From a virus: a DNA stretch of 64,000 bases. Made by a program: the position numbers and the translations under genes. The stretch spans positions 8,211 to 72,210 of the IMG/VR virus record IMGVR_UViG_3300025000_000083; one strand, given 5' to 3'. The notes under the pieces were generated by a model, which did not search any database, was not told the DNA's origin, and saw only the letters and a program-made list of their open reading frames with translations. This document shows, in pieces, positions 59,650 to 64,000 of the stretch (position 1 is its first letter; every line of letters begins with the position of its first letter).

Positions 59650-60270
59650 CTATTTATATTTAATGGGAAATATTGCGTCCCCAGGCTCTACGTGCGGTAT
59701 GGAATAAAAGTTTGGTTTGCCCATACATATCCATTGTTCGCCGTGGAATCTGTTCTTCAAATCAAGTTTATCAATCGGAGGACACCTGTTGATGTACTCT
59801 CTCCGAAACCACCAGAAGTTACCTGAGAAATGGTTTGGCGACTTCAAGTATCCCATGGATGACACCTCGTATTCGCTCTCTACCCTATCCCTATGTTCTC
59901 TCCACCTGTTTAACACCATCTCATTCATGTATGTTCTCCACTGCTGTATGACACCTTCAAAAGGTCTTGTTACTCCCTTGGTGTGGAAATAGAAGCCTAC
60001 ATAGTAGCTGTCATCTGCCTCAATAAGCCTGAGTGTAGGGAACTCATAGTCCTCTGCCCTCTCAGAATGATATTTTATCTTTAGTTTCGGGTACACGTCC
60101 ACAACATACTTCTGTAAAAAGTCCCTCTCTACATGACTGCCGATACACCCTATGCTTATTTCTTCACATTCATCATATAAGCCGGATGTCAGTAAAATGC
60201 GCATCTGATCTGTGACAATCGTGTACCAGGAATTGATCATGTAAATATGCCAGAAACCACGTATTTTCAT
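59650..60270 (-). CDS. putative glycosyltransferase-like protein
   Basis: YEFPTL, YFHTKG, HFSGNFWW, R...E.WI motifs as recalled from viral glycan clusters. Confidence 0.55.
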   Translation of the reverse strand: MKIRGFWHIYMINSWYTIVTDQMRILLTSGLYDECEEISIGCIGSHVERDFLQKYVVDVYPKLKIKYHSERAEDYEFPTLRLIEADDSYYVGFYFHTKGVTRPFEGVIQQWRTYMNEMVLNRWREHRDRVESEYEVSSMGYLKSPNHFSGNFWWFRREYINRCPPIDKLDLKNRFHGEQWICMGKPNFYSIPHVEPGDAIFPIKYK

Positions 60271-60271
60271 G

Positions 60272-60628
60272 TCAATATCTTGTTTTATTAGAAAAAACGT
60301 ACCATTCTGATAATTTTGATTCAGGGTATAACTCGCAAACCTTATCGGCTAATTCCGTTATTGCATCAATAAAAGAATAATTACTTCCTCTTGCAATCCA
60401 ATCTTTTTCGAGTAATGGATTATTCCTCAACAACATATTTTCAGGTGTTTCGCAAAGTATCTTCTGCTCTCCATCCATTGCATCGTCCTTCCATAAACGG
60501 GGGTAGTCTTTATTCTGAATTGACCATGTAAAGCCACCATCATATACCCACTCAATTCTGCAGGGGATTTCAGATTCATAAATACTTTCAATTACCATTG
60601 ATGCCTGTGCAAATGTTAATCTGTTCAT
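60272..60628 (-). CDS. hypothetical protein
   Basis: 118-aa ORF, tightly packed. Confidence 0.55.
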   Translation of the reverse strand: MNRLTFAQASMVIESIYESEIPCRIEWVYDGGFTWSIQNKDYPRLWKDDAMDGEQKILCETPENMLLRNNPLLEKDWIARGSNYSFIDAITELADKVCELYPESKLSEWYVFSNKTRY

Positions 60629-60629
60629 A

Positions 60630-60857
60630 TTAGTTTAAATCTATTGGTTTTTTGTCTGGTGTCCAAAATATAGGTTCTCCAATTTTCTGAGAGCCAGAAT
60701 AAGGGATTGCGTGTTCTCCTTCGTCAGTATAACAAACAATTTTATCACCTTCAATCCATCCATGAGATAAAACATTTATATCCCGCATGTCAAGTATTTT
60801 ACCACATCCTTTGCATAAAAGCTGATGTTCTTTTGGTATTTCTGCTTTCTTTTTCAT
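60630..60857 (-). CDS. hypothetical protein (CxxC)
   Basis: 75 aa, coupled overlap. Confidence 0.5.
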   Translation of the reverse strand: MKKKAEIPKEHQLLCKGCGKILDMRDINVLSHGWIEGDKIVCYTDEGEHAIPYSGSQKIGEPIFWTPDKKPIDLN

Positions 60858-61474
60858 TTCTTCACCTCCTGCGCTTTCTTTGCGTAGTCCTCGGGACGTA
60901 AGGCTAATCTCTCCTCTTCCAAATATCGGAGAATTTCGTCTTTTAGATGAGGGTTGTTGTCCTCATTCAACATCTCCGTAAGGTTGCGTTCCAGATCATC
61001 TCTCATGTCAGCAAGGGTCTTTAATCCCTTTGTCTCTCCTGACTGTATTTCAAGCATCAGATTGGCATAAGCCGTCTCAATGGATATTTGGTAGCTATAG
61101 TTATAGCTCCGATGCATCCTGACAAACTGAACTATCTTTTTATTCACGATGGTGTTTCGTCCTCTGAGAAAATCTTCTACAGGTGAGTCAAAAACTCCCT
61201 CTGCATTAACTTCAAAACCTACATCATGGACTACCTCAATTTTCCTTTTCAAAATGTCTGAGTATTTTTTCCGGTATGGAGATCCTTTGTCGTACATCAG
61301 TAGCACATAGAGATTCACCTTGTCATTGTCCAGCTTCTCCCCTGCACTCGCCTTGAACTCTTTGATCTTATTGAGCTCTTTATAGTAAGTTAATACCGAT
61401 GTTCCTTCGGGAACTTTATCCACGTTGAATAACATGGAGGTAAATTCTTTGGAATGAAAATTATTCGCTTTCAT
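60854..61474 (-). CDS. hypothetical helical protein, possible terminase small subunit
   Basis: 206 aa beside GroES-like gene upstream of packaging block; function inferred from position only. Confidence 0.45.
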   Translation of the reverse strand: MKANNFHSKEFTSMLFNVDKVPEGTSVLTYYKELNKIKEFKASAGEKLDNDKVNLYVLLMYDKGSPYRKKYSDILKRKIEVVHDVGFEVNAEGVFDSPVEDFLRGRNTIVNKKIVQFVRMHRSYNYSYQISIETAYANLMLEIQSGETKGLKTLADMRDDLERNLTEMLNEDNNPHLKDEILRYLEEERLALRPEDYAKKAQEVKK

Positions 61475-61475
61475 C

Positions 61476-62177
61476 TTACATTTTTGCCAATAAATTTCTG
61501 CGTTGACATCTCAAAAGCGGTTGTCCTTTATTCACTTGTTGGTGTAGCGAATATTGCAAAGGAATATCTGAGGTCTTTCGGATTACGACTACATCGCCCA
61601 CTGCCACATCAACACCCTCATCACTCTGCCCCTCATCGGGATATGCCCTGTTCGGCTTACCTACATACTTCACCTTACCAAATGTCACCTGATTGCTTAT
61701 TCTCCGGTCCAAAACAACAAGTTCCATGCCTATTGCCTTCATTCGGTCTTTCTCACGTGTTATTGCCGGATCCTCCACGGGTTCTATCAGAACATAACCG
61801 TTTGTTGGGATTATTTGCTCACCACGGACAATTGCATAGATGGTGTTATACGGGCAGAATATGTACTTATCCTCACCCTCGACAACAAACCGCATGTTCT
61901 CCTTGCGCAGCGCATTGATTACGCTCAAATAATAGATTATCACCTTGTCGTGCATCCGTATCTCCATGTCACAATCCCATGGCATGTCCAGATTGGGCTT
62001 TCCCGAATATTTCAGATGTGATGGCAATCCCATGACCTCTCCTGTCACCGTGGCGTTCTTCTCTGGTTCAAATGAGTTATCAACATACAACTGAAAACCA
62101 TTACGGAGTTTTATTGAGGTGTTCGCGGGATCCAATTTAATGAACACAAAATTATTGAGGCACTTTTTAGTTTCCAT
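61476..62177 (-). CDS. tandem GroES-like domain protein
   Basis: Two repeats: NNFVFIKL..TGEV and NGYVLIEP..GKVKYVG..GDVV. Confidence 0.7.
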   Translation of the reverse strand: METKKCLNNFVFIKLDPANTSIKLRNGFQLYVDNSFEPEKNATVTGEVMGLPSHLKYSGKPNLDMPWDCDMEIRMHDKVIIYYLSVINALRKENMRFVVEGEDKYIFCPYNTIYAIVRGEQIIPTNGYVLIEPVEDPAITREKDRMKAIGMELVVLDRRISNQVTFGKVKYVGKPNRAYPDEGQSDEGVDVAVGDVVVIRKTSDIPLQYSLHQQVNKGQPLLRCQRRNLLAKM

Positions 62178-62533
62178 TATTTGCCCTCTTTCTTTTTGTC
62201 AGCTCGTGCCTGATAGTCCCTGTTTTGCACACACACCAATTGACCCTCAATGTCCACGAACTTAATCAACCCATCCTTTTCAAGTTTGGCATATCTCTGC
62301 ATGGTGGCTCTTTTGTCATGTCTGGAACTTAACTTCCAAACCGGATATTCACGTACACGATGCATGTTTATTCTCTGACCCCGATAAGTGATGACAATAT
62401 AATCTTTTGCCACATCAGTAGCCATGGTTCTTATCGGTTCTGTCTTTGGAGGTTTGGACGTTGGTTTTGTCCACAGGTAGTGCTTAATCCACTCCCAAAA
62501 TTTCACTACTGCCTGTATGATCTGCTTTTTCAT
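62177..62533 (-). CDS. hypothetical protein
   Basis: 118 aa, preceded by TAAATTTG. Confidence 0.55.
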   Translation of the reverse strand: MKKQIIQAVVKFWEWIKHYLWTKPTSKPPKTEPIRTMATDVAKDYIVITYRGQRINMHRVREYPVWKLSSRHDKRATMQRYAKLEKDGLIKFVDIEGQLVCVQNRDYQARADKKKEGK

Positions 62534-62543
62534 TGTGTCAAAT

Positions 62544-63563
62544 TTAGGAAATCTTCTTAATAAAATATCTGTCTAAATTTTCAATTCCATTTTCTTGCAT
62601 AAATTCATTCCGTTTTTTAAGTGCTATATTTATATCCTTAGAAGATCCTATGAAAACCCTTTTCCCATTAAAAGGAAGCCTTACTTCCCATCCACTCCAT
62701 ACACAATTCCATGCTATCCCATAGTAGCCGGAGATACTGCTTGTAATGCAAGGAAACTTCTTAAAACCATATCCATTCCATTTTTGATTACTTTTTCTCT
62801 TATTATTACTTTGGGTTAATCTACTTGCCCATCTTAAATTTCCTGGTTCGTAATTGCCGTCATTATTAATTCTATCTAAAGAATAATTTGCCGTTCCATA
62901 ATCAGGAAGCATTTTTACATAATCAATAAACAATTTAGGATCAGACAGCCATTCTTTATAAATTTTAATACCCCTTGCTCCATAATTTTTATAATCAGGA
63001 TGATGGGGTTTATTGCATCTTGCTCTTATGTTGAGAAAAGTATCATACTCTTTGATATAGGAAAGTCCATGTCTTTTATAGTGACTTACTTTCTTATTCT
63101 CGTATTTAAAATAAAAAGATAACTGATAGCAAACCCCCGGATCCAAAATCCGAGGGCGACTATGATCAAAAAAAGCAGATGGGTTATCGGCATTAACCCG
63201 ATGTAAAGGTAAATAATTATCCGAAAGATGAACTCTTCCTTCCATTCTTCTTTGATTACGCTGATTTTGGCTTTCTGTGCAATTCCTCAAATTACTCTCT
63301 AAGTTATTTAATCCATCATGATTAATGTGATCAACAACCATTCCTTTTGGAGTAGCCATAATTTCCCGATGCATTAAAATTGCTACCACTCTATCATTAA
63401 TTTTTTCATGTCTCACTGCATAATAAGTACCCCTACTTTTATTGGCATACCATTTCCACTGCATCAACCAATCATAATTCCAGTCATCAATCATTGCGGA
63501 TTGTCCTTGCGTGAGAGGTATTAATTTCATTTTATTTCCCTCCGCATACTTCAAAATCTTCAA
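62544..63563 (-). CDS. double HNH endonuclease (fusion of two cassettes)
   Basis: MHREIM..VDHINHDGLNN...NLR, then YGARGI..LDRINNDGNYEPGN and an AP2-like end. Confidence 0.75.
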   Translation of the reverse strand: MKILKYAEGNKMKLIPLTQGQSAMIDDWNYDWLMQWKWYANKSRGTYYAVRHEKINDRVVAILMHREIMATPKGMVVDHINHDGLNNLESNLRNCTESQNQRNQRRMEGRVHLSDNYLPLHRVNADNPSAFFDHSRPRILDPGVCYQLSFYFKYENKKVSHYKRHGLSYIKEYDTFLNIRARCNKPHHPDYKNYGARGIKIYKEWLSDPKLFIDYVKMLPDYGTANYSLDRINNDGNYEPGNLRWASRLTQSNNKRKSNQKWNGYGFKKFPCITSSISGYYGIAWNCVWSGWEVRLPFNGKRVFIGSSKDINIALKKRNEFMQENGIENLDRYFIKKIS

Positions 63564-63867
63564 ATCCCGGAGGTAACTTGACAGGTTCTTCTTCTGCCAT
63601 TAACCTTGCTCTGAATGCCTCATCTCTTTCATCACGTTCTTTTTCACGTTGTTCCTGTTCTTTCCTTTCAGCCTCCAGTATTTTGGGATCAATAGGTTTA
63701 TCAGCAGGCATCAATGGTTCAAGGTCTTTTATGAACTCCCGATAGCATCTTATTTTGATGGTGAGTTTCATTATTGACAATACATCATCACCTTCCCTGA
63801 TTAACTGATTCATGTCCTCCTGATATGTTTTCAGTTTTCTTTGGTATTCTTTAAGTAGGTGTTTCAT
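63532..63867 (-). CDS. hypothetical coiled-coil protein
   Basis: 111-aa ORF. Confidence 0.55.
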   Translation of the reverse strand: MKHLLKEYQRKLKTYQEDMNQLIREGDDVLSIMKLTIKIRCYREFIKDLEPLMPADKPIDPKILEAERKEQEQREKERDERDEAFRARLMAEEEPVKLPPGFEDFEVCGGK

Positions 63868-63929
63868 TTTTATACCTGTTTTTGGATTTGGATTTCTTTT
63901 TAAAAAGAGAAAAAATTGCTTCTTAATTC

Positions 63930-64000
63930 TTTACTCTACTTTACTTTAGTTTACTATACTCTACTTTACTCTACTTTACTCTACTTTACTCTACTTTACT
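63930..64000. repeat. tandem pentamer/decamer repeat (CTACTTTACT)n running off window end
   Basis: At least four perfect 10-mers at 63961-64000 plus degenerate copies. Confidence 0.85.

Noticed and set aside
4101-62819. Many + strand ORFs of 60-165 aa in the ORF track
   Set aside because: Antisense shadows of well-supported - strand genes, with no motifs
1-64000. Stop-codon reassignment as in some crAss-like phages
   Set aside because: Long intact ORFs and dense coding under the standard code; TAG and TGA are both used as genuine coupled stops
63930-64000. CRISPR array
   Set aside because: Short tandem units without spacers

Overview
64 kb of a tailed dsDNA phage genome with a crAss-like (Crassvirales-related) morphogenesis module. 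A Bacteroidota host is inferred from TAnnTTTG promoter motifs and DUF3127, BACON and Fib_succ_major domains. Apart from a few + strand genes at 1-1694, everything reads on the - strand. In transcription order: GroES-like and unknown genes; an 11-gene sugar/acyl-modification cluster (two GT-like genes, SDR, FabH, methyltransferase, MaoC, FkbH, ACP, DegT aminotransferase, acetyltransferase, MT-GT2 fusion) translationally coupled to the terminase; portal, scaffold and major capsid; an LRR fibre; ring proteins; a tail muzzle/stabilisation gene split into three ORFs by adhesin modules; internal virion proteins including a 2345-aa LPD38-type polyvalent protein; lysis genes; then replication/recombination genes (primase-helicase, YqaJ, RusA, SSB-like, minimal PolX, RecT). 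Nine free-standing HNH/GIY-YIG endonuclease genes are interspersed. Five of them sit behind their own promoter and a structured antisense-type RNA leader. Top leads: (1) the phage-encoded ACP/FkbH/FabH acyl-aminosugar pathway in the virion operon, (2) the nested, split muzzle gene, (3) the covarying RNA leaders of the endonucleases. All calls come from motif recognition by eye; no database searches were run.
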